Below are positions 11,072-20,576 of a DNA stretch of 64,000 nt, in pieces. Position numbers and translations under genes: made by a program. The DNA is from Pseudobdellovibrionaceae bacterium (GTDB taxonomy: Bacteria; Bdellovibrionota; Bdellovibrionia; Bdellovibrionales; Bdellovibrionaceae), in the NCBI GenBank assembly GCA_031428135.1, contig JANPOT010000022.1, positions 19,201-83,200 on the forward strand. The letters run 5' to 3'. The notes beneath the pieces are model-generated. The model searched no databases. It was not told the DNA's origin and saw only the letters and a list, made by a program, of their open reading frames with translations. Positions within the stretch are counted from its first letter, which is position 1. Each line of letters begins with the position of its first letter.

Positions 11072-11672
11072 TTCTGAAAATTTTGAACACAAAAAAAATG
11101 CCCCTACGACAGCAACATCGAAATCACAAGCAGTTGGTTTGTTGATTGGCGGATTACTGCCCGTTATTGCATTCACCGTCATCGAAGAAAAATATGGTAT
11201 TATCGCAGGCTTGATTGCCGGCATGATTTTTAGCCTTGGTGAAATTACATTTGAAATCATTAAATATAAAAAAGTTCAAACCATCACGTGGATTGGAAAT
11301 GGGTTGCTGATCGGTTTGGGTGCCATTTCATTAATTTCGACAGAAGGAATTTGGTTTAAATTACAACCTGCCATTTTTGAATTTGGTTTTTTTATATTTT
11401 TACTGAGCAGCTGGATTATGAAAAAACCGTTTTTAAAATTAATGATTGAAAAACAAAATCCCAATGTGCCAGAATTTTTAAAAAATGCAATGAGCGGTAT
11501 AACATTCAGAATTTCATTTTTTTTCTTAGTTCATGCCGTCATCGCAACATACGCGGCGCTTTATTGGTCAACGGAAGCCTGGGCCACATTAAAAGGCTTG
11601 GGCCTGACCATTTCGATGGTTTTATATATGATCATCGAAATGTTTTTGCTCCGAAAACAGATTCGGAAATAG
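11061..11672 (+). CDS. yciB: Intracellular septation protein A / YciB family membrane protein
   Basis: Multi-TM; WFKLQPAIF, WSTEAWATLKGLG resemble the family; TTG 11061 chosen as likely start. Confidence 0.7.
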   Translation: MNTDSENFEHKKNAPTTATSKSQAVGLLIGGLLPVIAFTVIEEKYGIIAGLIAGMIFSLGEITFEIIKYKKVQTITWIGNGLLIGLGAISLISTEGIWFKLQPAIFEFGFFIFLLSSWIMKKPFLKLMIEKQNPNVPEFLKNAMSGITFRISFFFLVHAVIATYAALYWSTEAWATLKGLGLTISMVLYMIIEMFLLRKQIRK

Positions 11673-11774
11673 ATTCCCCTTAAAAGACCCTATTGTAGTA
11701 TTTCGATAAAAAAGTTTCCGAAAACCTTAACTGAGTATTTGGTTGAAAAAACATGAGACAAGTTGGTCCGGTAA

Positions 11775-11821
11775 AAACGTATAAAGCCGATCAATTTTTT
11801 GTTGATCGGCTTTATACGTTT
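11775..11821. terminator. Perfect 20-bp inverted repeat, probable bidirectional terminator
   Basis: AAACGTATAAAGCCGATCAA-ttttttg-TTGATCGGCTTTATACGTTT between convergent genes. Confidence 0.8.
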
Positions 11822-11861
11822 AATTAATAAATTTTAAACGAACTCGATAATTTTATACAGA

Positions 11862-12377
11862 TTACTTTTTCTTAAGGGGCACAGTCACATTAAGGTTAAC
11901 TTGATTGTTAACGCCAACGCCCATGTATTTAACTCCGGTAATTCCATAATCAGATAATTTGATTGGAAAACTAGCGATCAGCTCATTACCTTCAACTGTA
12001 TAGATACCTTCAACATCTTTTTCTATGCCGCGAATTTTAAGTTTACCGCGACCTTTGCCGCCTTTTCCTGTCGCAGAAACTAATACGGCATCTGGATATT
12101 TTTCGACTTCAAGATATTTTGTTGTAGCATGCTTATCACGCATTTCAATTCCAGTTTTTAAATTTTTCAAACTCACTATAATATTTGAGGCGGCAATAGT
12201 GTCTCCGGTCATTAACGCTTCACCTTTAACTTCGCCAGTCTTTGCTTTAAAACTTCCAGCTGGTGATAATTCAACATCAACAACAGCGCCGGGTGTTGCC
12301 CATGCACCTATGCTACTGATGGACACGATTAAACTGACAATAACTTTTTTCCTTGCGTTTTTCATTGTGTTTTTCAT
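11862..12377 (-). CDS. YceI-family periplasmic lipid/polyisoprenoid-binding protein
   Basis: Signal peptide; LKTGIEMRDKHA, YLEVEKYP, IKLSDYGI; SD AAGGA before ATG 12377. Confidence 0.88.
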   Translation of the reverse strand: MKNTMKNARKKVIVSLIVSISSIGAWATPGAVVDVELSPAGSFKAKTGEVKGEALMTGDTIAASNIIVSLKNLKTGIEMRDKHATTKYLEVEKYPDAVLVSATGKGGKGRGKLKIRGIEKDVEGIYTVEGNELIASFPIKLSDYGITGVKYMGVGVNNQVNLNVTVPLKKK

Positions 12378-12396
12378 TGTGTTTTTCCTTTGTTGT

Positions 12397-12699
12397 TTAG
12401 TTATCAGCTGCTCCGCTATCAATCCAAGTTTTAATAGCGTTCAGCTGTATTGTTGTAAGACTAGATGAGCCTTTCGGCATGCTACCGCTTAATACCTTTT
12501 GGTAAAAAAGACTGCCGGCTCCGTTAAAAACAACGACACGCGTTTTTACGCCAGTATAATTTGCCATGTTGTAACCTCCGTCAGCGCCGGAACCAGAATG
12601 ACAAGAAAGACATTTACTTTGAACAACATTCGTATTGATCCATGCGAATGTTCCGAAAGTCGTCGCTGACGATGTCGTGGTGAAGCCCGAATTTCCCCC
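12397..12699 (-). pseudogene. Start-less reading frame encoding a c-type cytochrome domain (100 aa), absent from the ORF track
   Basis: My translation: GGNSGF...INTNVVQSKCLSCHSGSG...LFYQKVLSGSMPKGSSSLTTIQLNAIKTWIDSGAADN*; CxxCH, distal MP, and IKTWIDSGA tail; frame is preceded directly by an in-frame TAA. Confidence 0.8.
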
Positions 12700-12989
12700 T
12701 TAGAAACCTTTAGCTTTTCATTCCACATGTAATAACTAACCCCAAGCTCATAAGCTGAAGCCGTTCTGGGTGCAGGCTTTTTTATTTCTGCAGTTACTAC
12801 CGAAGCCACAGGTGCGACCACCAGCTGTGGCTTTGCTGCCGGTGCAGCTACATTTTTTACTGCTGTTTTTGTTGCAACTTTAATCTGTTTTTTAGGTGGA
12901 GGTGGAGCTTTTACTTGTGCTTGCGAAAAGGGTCCGACACCCAGACTAATCAAAATTTCTAAAATAAATATTTTGCTACCAAGAAACAT
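12699..12989 (-). pseudogene. Truncated secreted protein (signal peptide, Pro/Ala/Lys linker, first beta-strands of a probable outer-membrane barrel)
   Basis: First 97 aa look natural (…AYELGVSYYMWNEKLKVSK); the remaining ORF-track tail is the cytochrome gene read out of frame. Confidence 0.6.
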
Positions 12990-14142
12990 GGACCTGCCCT
13001 TGTAGTTGCCATTGATCTTTCGAGACCGCCTCTGGCGAAAAGTTTTTAAATTGAACTGCTGTCAACCTAACTTCAGTTCTTTGAAGCGGAAACATTAAAA
13101 ATCCAAACGTCCAACGCTCGAGTTCCGGAGCAGAAAATTTAGCTTCACTTTGACTGCGCTCGATGACTGTCAAAAAATTGTAGCCACGGACGAAGTGAAC
13201 CACAGATTGAAGTAAGCTATAAACCCCTGTCGTCGAATTGCTACCAACGGTTTGATCTTGCATTAAACCCGTTTCAAATAAAATACTTGAACCTTGGTTT
13301 CTTGGAAATCCCCAGCGGCTATGTATTGCTAAACGTTTTGATTCAATTTGCTCATTTTTTTCAGTTAAAGCCGATGCGCCAATTCTGGTTTTTTCCCCCA
13401 ACGAATATTCAAACTGAAATGCGCCACCAGCTTTTCTAACAGCTGCTGGTCGAAATAAATTGCCGGCAAAAAGATGTAAACTGGCGTCCCAGTTTTCTTC
13501 AATCCATTGCAGATGGGTTCCGTGAACTTGATCATCCTGTCCAAGACCGATCGCAGCACGACTGTATTGTGTATGATTAGACGTTCTAAGGCCGTAAACT
13601 TTATCCATTAAACCTGTCTCAACAAGAAGTTTATCCGTTAAGTAAAATCGAAAATAATGTTCTCGGGAAATGGCGTCGATTTTATTTCCATCACCGTAGT
13701 AATCTGTTGCGGGAATTCCAGTTAAACCATAGTTCAGAACAAATATTTTCTGAGATGCTTCATCAAAACTAACAACCACATTGATGTCTCGTTGCATTTG
13801 AATCCAACGACTTATTGATTCTGAACCGCCGGGTTTAGTTTGAAACCAAAGGCCACGGTATTTGACCGATGGACGAATCCACCACGGAAGTTCCGTACCC
13901 GGAATAAAACCCGAATATTTTTCTGCAACTTCTTCATCGGATGTTTTATCTGAAGTCCAAAAATTTCGTGCAGCTATTTCCTGAGAAAATAAAGCACGTC
14001 CGTAATCAGTTAACGGCCCATTTCCCTGACTGTTATAATGACACATGATACAGGTCTTGTATCCGTACCCAATAAAATCTGGATATGACCATGCTTGAAT
14101 CGAAAAATAAGAAATAAGTAACAAAAAAAGAAGATTGCGCAT
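12976..14142 (-). CDS. Outer-membrane beta-barrel protein with N-terminal single CxxCH haem motif
   Basis: Signal peptide; CIMCH; many amphipathic beta-strands; C-terminal aromatic residue (QVHVSW). Confidence 0.75.
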   Translation of the reverse strand: MRNLLFLLLISYFSIQAWSYPDFIGYGYKTCIMCHYNSQGNGPLTDYGRALFSQEIAARNFWTSDKTSDEEVAEKYSGFIPGTELPWWIRPSVKYRGLWFQTKPGGSESISRWIQMQRDINVVVSFDEASQKIFVLNYGLTGIPATDYYGDGNKIDAISREHYFRFYLTDKLLVETGLMDKVYGLRTSNHTQYSRAAIGLGQDDQVHGTHLQWIEENWDASLHLFAGNLFRPAAVRKAGGAFQFEYSLGEKTRIGASALTEKNEQIESKRLAIHSRWGFPRNQGSSILFETGLMQDQTVGSNSTTGVYSLLQSVVHFVRGYNFLTVIERSQSEAKFSAPELERWTFGFLMFPLQRTEVRLTAVQFKNFSPEAVSKDQWQLQGQVHVSW

Positions 14143-14391
14143 TAATCTACGTTAAACACAGCTTTAAAAAAATTCAAGCAGTTTGGAGTTGGATTTTGAG
14201 TAATACTTTAGCACTACAATGAAAATAAATTTACGAAACTCATTTGTTGTAAGATTTCAAATTAAATTTTCGATATGTTTTTATCCAAATCTTCAGAAAG
14301 AAAATTTGGATGGGCGGGCCAGACCACTGTGTTTAATGGTCTTTACGCGACACGAAATTTGAAAATTTTCAGTTCGAGTCGAAGAACTAAT

Positions 14392-14467
14392 TGGTGGAGC
14401 CGACAGGACTCGAACCTGTAACCTACCGGTTCGAAGCCGGGAATTCTATCCATTGAACTACGGCTCC
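14392..14467 (-). tRNA. tRNA-Arg(UCG), CCA encoded
   Basis: 76-nt cloverleaf: GGAGCCG/CGGCTCC acceptor, CT-TCG-AA anticodon loop, GTTCGAGT T-loop, A20 Arg identity base. Confidence 0.95.
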
Positions 14468-14503
14468 ACGCCGAAAAAATATTTAACTTGAGATTACGGT
14501 AAA

Positions 14504-15139
14504 CTAATCTTGCCACCAAATCAACGTGTTCGAAAATTGATTTGGCGTTTCAGATGTTTTTTTGTGCTTATGAATCAGTTCTGATCGTAAAAAATCCAAT
14601 GCTTCGATTAAACCTTGTTCATATTGGTCTTTTTTAAATGATTTTTGTAATAAGGCCAGTAATTGATCATTGATTTGCTGTCTGTTTTCAATATTTGACC
14701 TGGGATCTGGCAACAGAACAATTTGACGTTCCATCACAGATATAAATAACAGTAATGCATTTTGCGATTTAGATTCGTGTAATTTTTTTTTGAAAAAAAT
14801 GCGTTCGGCTTTGTTATGAACTTGTCTGTGACGTTCGCGTGTTGAAATAAAAAAACGATCAACCCAATCGGATTTATCCAACAAAGTTCCTAAAATAATT
14901 GCCAAAAATGGCGCTGCAATAAAATACGGGATTTTTGTTGCATATGAATCTTGAAAAAAATAATCGATTGTTCCAATAAACAATAACAACAAGAACAATG
15001 AAATTATCCATTGAATATGTTCCACATAGCTTGATTTTTCCGCAATGACAGGGATGAATTCAAAATCGATTTCTGATTCAAATTGTTCAATCGCGTTTGA
15101 TATTTTTTCAGAATTGATGTGTTTTTTTAATTTATTCAT
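14504..15139 (-). CDS. TPM-domain membrane protein
   Basis: Two TMs; LLFISVMERQIVLLPD; lies in a lemA-TPM-TPM operon. Confidence 0.85.
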   Translation of the reverse strand: MNKLKKHINSEKISNAIEQFESEIDFEFIPVIAEKSSYVEHIQWIISLFLLLLFIGTIDYFFQDSYATKIPYFIAAPFLAIILGTLLDKSDWVDRFFISTRERHRQVHNKAERIFFKKKLHESKSQNALLLFISVMERQIVLLPDPRSNIENRQQINDQLLALLQKSFKKDQYEQGLIEALDFLRSELIHKHKKTSETPNQFSNTLIWWQD

Positions 15140-15865
15140 TTACCACCCACCACTGGCTCCGCCGCCGCTGGACGATCCGCCACCGCCAGACCAACCACCA
15201 CCGTGGCCCGATCCGCCGCCGCCACCACGTCCGCCTGACATGGCCATATACAAAATGCTTAATCCAGTCGATGGACTGATTATAAAAATTAATAGCCATA
15301 GACCCAATAAAATTAAAATTATAAATCCACTGCCGCCCCGTGATTTTTTATTTTTAACTGGAACTGATTTTAAATTTTCATCATAATTTCCCTCAGTTGC
15401 AAAATGCTGCAGACTGGAAACGCCCTGTAAAACACCCTGATCAAAATCACCCTGTTTGAAATACGGAGTAACTATATCGGAAATAATTCGTTTCGCCGTA
15501 ATATCAGGAATGACTCCCTCAAGGCCCTGGCCGACTTCGATACGCAGTTTTTTTTCATTCGGAGCTATTAAAAATAACAGACCTTGATCGGTTTTTTCGT
15601 CGCCTAATTTCCATTTATCAAAAATTTGAATGGCAACGCTTGCGATATCTTCATCGTTCAGCGAACTGGTTACAAAAATTTGGATCTGGATTTTTTGTGT
15701 TTGTTTAAATTGATATAATGATTGTTCCAGCTGATTTTTGGCCTGAGGCGACAGAATACCCACTTGGTCGATCACTGGCCCCGTTAATTTGGGCACAACA
15801 AAGGCCTGTGTTTGAAAACACAAGCCAAGAATAAATAAAAAAATGCTTAAGTTTTTTATAGTCAG
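15140..15865 (-). CDS. TPM-domain (YgcG-like) protein with Gly-rich tail
   Basis: VIDQVGILS, LRIEVGQGLEGVIPD, GGGGSSSGGGASGGW; frame is open to 15874, so the signal peptide needs a CTG (15865) or ATA (15859) start. Confidence 0.88.
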   Translation of the reverse strand: MTIKNLSIFLFILGLCFQTQAFVVPKLTGPVIDQVGILSPQAKNQLEQSLYQFKQTQKIQIQIFVTSSLNDEDIASVAIQIFDKWKLGDEKTDQGLLFLIAPNEKKLRIEVGQGLEGVIPDITAKRIISDIVTPYFKQGDFDQGVLQGVSSLQHFATEGNYDENLKSVPVKNKKSRGGSGFIILILLGLWLLIFIISPSTGLSILYMAMSGGRGGGGGSGHGGGWSGGGGSSSGGGASGGW

Positions 15866-15890
15866 GCCTTTAGCTTAAAAATTACGACAA

Positions 15891-16472
15891 CTAAAATTTA
15901 ACTTCAGGTGGTTTTTCATTTTTTGCTTTTTCAGCAGCATCAACATCCCACTGAGGCATTTTTGCATGACGATAAAATAATGAATTTGTAAAGCTTGTTG
16001 GCGGAACATCGACTAAATTGTTAAAACCTTTGATTGTTTCGATATAGCGATTTCTTGCAACAGTGATTCGATTTTCTGTGCCTTCAAGCTGGGCTTGTAA
16101 ATCACGAAAATTTGCATCTGCTTTTAATTGTGGGTAATTTTCACTGACAACCATTAATTTACCCAAAGCTTGCGATAAATTGCCTTGTGCTGCCTGAAAA
16201 CTTTTTAATTTTTCAGGTGTTAAGTTTGTTGGATCAATTGTCATCTGAGTCGCTTTTGCACGCGCTTCGATGACACCAGTTAATGTTTCTTTTTCGTGTT
16301 TTGCATAACCTTTAACAACTTCGACCAGGCTGGGGATTAAATCTGAACGACGCTTGTATTGATTCGTGACTTCAGCAAGTGCTGCATCGACTTCGTTTTT
16401 TTGTTGAGGAATACTTTGAATTCCGCAACCTGACAAAAATAACACCACTGACAGTAATAAAATTGATTTCAT
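15891..16472 (-). CDS. lemA: LemA family lipoprotein
   Basis: LSGC lipobox; YKRRSDLIP, ENYPQLKAD, LEGTENRITVAR. Confidence 0.95.
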   Translation of the reverse strand: MKSILLLSVVLFLSGCGIQSIPQQKNEVDAALAEVTNQYKRRSDLIPSLVEVVKGYAKHEKETLTGVIEARAKATQMTIDPTNLTPEKLKSFQAAQGNLSQALGKLMVVSENYPQLKADANFRDLQAQLEGTENRITVARNRYIETIKGFNNLVDVPPTSFTNSLFYRHAKMPQWDVDAAEKAKNEKPPEVKF

Positions 16473-16548
16473 GGTAACTCCTTATTAGGCCATCATGTAT
16501 TCAATTTTAGATTAGTCAAGTCGCCAGCCATTGTGATAGCATGTCCTG

Positions 16549-17505
16549 GTGCAAAAAACTGTATTAGATCTGCAATTACTGCTTGAACAATCATGGATGC
16601 GTATTCATTCAACAATAATCATTTCTGAAAATCAGTGTTATCGATTGTTACATGACCTGAAATACGAATTTCAAATTGATATTTATGGCCAAACACTTTG
16701 GATTTATTGGTATCCGGATCAGCCAATGAATCCGAATCAAATTCAAATTATAACTGATTTTGCAGATTCAAAAAAACTGAATTTCGTCATTCGCCAGATG
16801 ACGAATCGTGGTGCTGGTGTTGGTGGACTTGAAAATCAAGATCTGATCAAATCATCCAGCCAGCCGGAACAATGGACGGCTTGTGAAAATAAAATTTTGT
16901 TTCAATTGCGAACAACCGCTGGCTTTTCACCGGGCTTATTTTTAGACCAGTCTCAAAATCGAAAATGGGTTATAGAAAATTCAGAAAAAAAATCTGTGCT
17001 AAATTTGTTTTCATACACTTCCGGTTTTTCAGTAGCTGCAGCCATTGGCAAGGCAACCGCTGTCACAACTGTTGATGCCAGTTCAAATTTTTTAAAATGG
17101 AGCAAAGAAAATTTTAAATTAAATTCCTTAGACCCGGAAAAATACGAATTCTTTACACAAGATGTCCTGTTGTTTCTGGCTGGCAGCATTAAGCGAAATC
17201 GCAAATGGGACTTGATTATTTGTGATCCACCATCATTCGGCAGAACAAAAAATACAGTTTGGAAAATTGAAAAAGATTTACCCGAACTCATTTTAAATAT
17301 GTGGGATTGCTTATCCGGTGGAGGGAAAATTTTATTCACTTGTAATTATGAAAAATGGACTGCATCAGATCTTGAAAAAATATTCCGAAAAACTTTAACT
17401 TCAAATAAATTTAAAATTAATAAATTAATGCCAGTGTCGTTTGATTTTCAATTGACCGATTCGGAACAGAATTTAACCAAGGGCTTTTTTATTCACAAGG
17501 TCTAA
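16549..17505 (+). CDS. Class I SAM-dependent methyltransferase, RlmI/RlmK-like
   Basis: PGLFLDQ, VLNLFSYTSGFS, DLIICDPPSF. Confidence 0.85.
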   Translation: MQKTVLDLQLLLEQSWMRIHSTIIISENQCYRLLHDLKYEFQIDIYGQTLWIYWYPDQPMNPNQIQIITDFADSKKLNFVIRQMTNRGAGVGGLENQDLIKSSSQPEQWTACENKILFQLRTTAGFSPGLFLDQSQNRKWVIENSEKKSVLNLFSYTSGFSVAAAIGKATAVTTVDASSNFLKWSKENFKLNSLDPEKYEFFTQDVLLFLAGSIKRNRKWDLIICDPPSFGRTKNTVWKIEKDLPELILNMWDCLSGGGKILFTCNYEKWTASDLEKIFRKTLTSNKFKINKLMPVSFDFQLTDSEQNLTKGFFIHKV

Positions 17506-18180
17506 AATGGCTTCGGCCGAATCCAAAGTTCGCAAAGCATACTGTGCTTTTAATATGCGAATTTGTTCAGGGGTAACGTCTTGGTTTTTTCCCAACTTTT
17601 GTAAACGATTTTGATAAATCTGATATAAACTGAGTGCGCCGGCTACTGATATATTAAAACTTTGAACAAAACCTGGCATTGGGATGATGACCCTTTCATC
17701 GGCAGCCTCCATGATTTCTGCCGATGCTCCTGATTTTTCATTCCCTAAAACTAGAGCTAATGGAGTCGTAAAATCAATTTCATGAATCGGTTTTGCTGAT
17801 TCTAATGATGTCACACAGATTCGAATTTTATTGTCTTTGAAATATTTAATTGCTTCAGATGTTGATTTCCATTTTTTGGCTTCGACCCATTTATCGGCAC
17901 CTTGAGTGACTCGGTTTGCATTTTTAAACTTTTCAAAAGTTTCAATGATATGGAAATTTGAAAAACCCAAGCCTTCGGCAGTTCGCATCACAGCACTGAT
18001 ATTGCCACGATCGTAAATTCCTTCAAGAACAACAGATATGTCAAAACATCGCCCCTGTGCGACTCGATTAATTTTTTTTTGACGTTCTTCGGTCAATAGT
18101 GGCCAAACAGATTCTTCGATGTGACTCACATCGCAAAAATGACCTGATTTATATTCAATCGGATTTTTAAGCGGAAACAA
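17473..18180 (-). CDS. trmH: SPOUT tRNA 2'-O-methyltransferase, TrmH-like
   Basis: DRGNISAVMRTAEGLG, VLGNEKSG, IPMPGFVQSFNISVA. Confidence 0.85.
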   Translation of the reverse strand: MFPLKNPIEYKSGHFCDVSHIEESVWPLLTEERQKKINRVAQGRCFDISVVLEGIYDRGNISAVMRTAEGLGFSNFHIIETFEKFKNANRVTQGADKWVEAKKWKSTSEAIKYFKDNKIRICVTSLESAKPIHEIDFTTPLALVLGNEKSGASAEIMEAADERVIIPMPGFVQSFNISVAGALSLYQIYQNRLQKLGKNQDVTPEQIRILKAQYALRTLDSAEAILDLVNKKALG

Positions 18181-19371
18181 TTAAAATCCGTTCTTTGACA
18201 GATCACGAGTCATATTTTTTTGATGAGCCTCAATCGTACCACCACCGATTTCCAAAAGCTTGGCGTCGCGCCACAAACGCTCGACAGTGTATTCGCCAAC
18301 ATAACCATATCCGCCCAAAACTTGAATCGCACGGTCAGCAACGTTTTTTGCCATTGTTGTCGCAATCAATTTGACGCCATCGGAATCAAGACGATTGCCT
18401 TCTTTATTTAAATCTAATTTTCTGGCTGTATCATAAACATAGCAACTGGCCGCTTTGTATTCAGCGTAAGAATCTGCAATGTATTTTTGAATTTGTCCGT
18501 AAAAATTTAAAGGCTTACCGAAAGCATGCCTGTCTGTGGCATATTTATTCATGATTTCAACTGAACGTCTGGCGATACCTAAACTCATCGCTGCTAAGCC
18601 AACCCGTTCAATTTCAAGATTACGCATCATATGGTGCATTGAATCGCCCAAACCACCAACTAATCGGTCTGCGGGAATTTCACAATTTTCAAAAACTAAT
18701 TCTGCCGTGTTTGAACCGCGCATTCCCAGTTTATCCATAATTTTTTGACCCACATAAAAACCAGGATCCGTTTTTTCAACAATGAATGTTGAAATCTGTG
18801 CACGACCATTTTTTTCGCCCGTTTTGGCATAGACCCAAATAAGATCACAGGGTGTTTTTTGATCATCAATAGCGCCATTGGTGATCCACATTTTTCGTCC
18901 ATTTAAAATATATTTGTCGCCTTTTAAAACTGCTGTTGTTTGCATTCCCAGAACATCAGTACCAAAATCAGGTTCGCTCATAGCCATTGAACCGATCATT
19001 TCTCCGCTTGATAATTTGGGTAAATATTTATTTTTTTGTTCAATATTTCCATTCACTGCCAAATTGTTCACGCACAATAATGCGTGGGCCAAATACGCTA
19101 AGCAAAATCCGGGATCACTGGTTGATAATTCTTCATGAACTAAACAGACAGCTGTCGCGTCTAAACCAGAACCGCCGAATTCTTCCGGTACAGTTAAGCC
19201 CAATAAACCCAGGTCGCCCAATTTTTTAAAAAGTATTAAATTAAATTTTTCCTGACGATCATGTTCGTGAGCTTGCGGTTCGACTTCGTCTTTAACAAAA
19301 GATTTCAAAGTGTCACGTAACATTTGATGTGTTTCAGTCGGATTAAATAAATCAAAAGATTTCCAGTCCAT
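18181..19371 (-). CDS. Acyl-CoA dehydrogenase (isovaleryl-CoA dehydrogenase-like)
   Basis: AMSEPDFGTDV, KMWITNG, KLGMRGS, QVLGGYGY, RLWRDAKLLEIGGGT. Confidence 0.92.
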   Translation of the reverse strand: MDWKSFDLFNPTETHQMLRDTLKSFVKDEVEPQAHEHDRQEKFNLILFKKLGDLGLLGLTVPEEFGGSGLDATAVCLVHEELSTSDPGFCLAYLAHALLCVNNLAVNGNIEQKNKYLPKLSSGEMIGSMAMSEPDFGTDVLGMQTTAVLKGDKYILNGRKMWITNGAIDDQKTPCDLIWVYAKTGEKNGRAQISTFIVEKTDPGFYVGQKIMDKLGMRGSNTAELVFENCEIPADRLVGGLGDSMHHMMRNLEIERVGLAAMSLGIARRSVEIMNKYATDRHAFGKPLNFYGQIQKYIADSYAEYKAASCYVYDTARKLDLNKEGNRLDSDGVKLIATTMAKNVADRAIQVLGGYGYVGEYTVERLWRDAKLLEIGGGTIEAHQKNMTRDLSKNGF

Positions 19372-19433
19372 GTGCGTTCCTTCATATGAATAGTGGATGT
19401 CAAAGTCAAAAAGCCATGTTACAACGTAGACCT

Positions 19434-20576
19434 ATGAAAGCAACAATTTTAGGTATTGGCACAGAGCTTACGACCGGTCAAATCACAAATAAAAATGGAT
19501 CTTGGATTTCAAAGCAATTAATTGATTACGGAGTCACCACATCAAGCCACATTGTCGTGCCTGATGACAAAAAACTGATCATTGATGGTCTTGAATTTTG
19601 CGCCAAAACATCTCAAATCATATTTATCACTGGCGGCCTTGGTCCAACATCTGATGATTTCACGCGCGATATCATCAGCGAATGGACCCATTCAAAATTA
19701 ATTTTTAACGAATCATCATGGCAACATGTTCAAAATCGCCTGACATCGCGTGGGTTTACCGTCAAAGATATTCAACGTCAGCAATGTTTTTTTCCTGAAA
19801 ATTCAAAGATATTAACCAATTCAAACGGCACAGCAAACGGTTTTTATATGAAATATATCAAAAACAGTTTCATCATTCATCTTTTTGTTTTACCGGGTCC
19901 GCCGCGCGAAATTGAATCGATTTGGAACGATCACATTTCTGATTGGCTCAAAGAAAATACACGAAATCTTGATAAAACAATTACGAAATCCTGGGACACT
20001 TTGGGCGTTGGTGAATCTGATGTTGCAACGCTGGTTGAAAATGCGCTTCAAGGCAAAACTGAATCATTACCAATGGATATTGGTTACCGCGTTCATTTGC
20101 CCTATGTTGAAGTTAAATTATCGTATCCTGAATCGGTCAGCTATACCTGTGATCTGTTTGTTCAAAATGTTGACCAAGCACTGAAAAACATTACTGTGTT
20201 AAAAAATTTTGATGACATCGTAAATTTATTTTCTGCCCTGACTGGAAAAACTGATTTTGCATTTTATGATTTTGTGTCAGGTGGTTTTTTACATCACAGA
20301 TTATCCAATGTACTGAAAAAACATTCAAATTGGATGTGGAAACAAAATTTTGAATCCATGGATTCAGATTTTTTTAGCGATGAACAAAATTTTTTAGCCC
20401 TGATCCCTGTTGGTGAATTTGAATGTATTTTGATGTTTGAATTTTCTGGGCATAGGAAATCAATAAAAATTGAAATTACCCAGACTTCATTAAAATCGGA
20501 ACTGATGAAAGAACGTCGAAAACAGTACTTCGCAGAAATGGCCATGCTTGAATTTGTTAAGTGTTTCATTAGTTGA
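19434..20576 (+). CDS. cinA: CinA-like protein (MoCF-binding domain; degenerate C-terminal domain)
   Basis: IGTELTTG, TGGLGPTSDDFTR, LPGPPRE; start reassigned to ATG 19434. Confidence 0.8.
   Translation: MKATILGIGTELTTGQITNKNGSWISKQLIDYGVTTSSHIVVPDDKKLIIDGLEFCAKTSQIIFITGGLGPTSDDFTRDIISEWTHSKLIFNESSWQHVQNRLTSRGFTVKDIQRQQCFFPENSKILTNSNGTANGFYMKYIKNSFIIHLFVLPGPPREIESIWNDHISDWLKENTRNLDKTITKSWDTLGVGESDVATLVENALQGKTESLPMDIGYRVHLPYVEVKLSYPESVSYTCDLFVQNVDQALKNITVLKNFDDIVNLFSALTGKTDFAFYDFVSGGFLHHRLSNVLKKHSNWMWKQNFESMDSDFFSDEQNFLALIPVGEFECILMFEFSGHRKSIKIEITQTSLKSELMKERRKQYFAEMAMLEFVKCFIS

Noticed and set aside
12546-12698. C-terminal 50 aa of the 147-aa ORF (EIRASPRHRQRR…)
   Set aside because: It is the cytochrome c sequence read in the wrong frame.
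14208-14218. TTAGCACT half-site as CIRCE
   Set aside because: No matching second arm.
14300-14392. tRNA 3' end as an integration site
   Set aside because: No integrase and no repeat of the tRNA 3' end seen elsewhere in the window.
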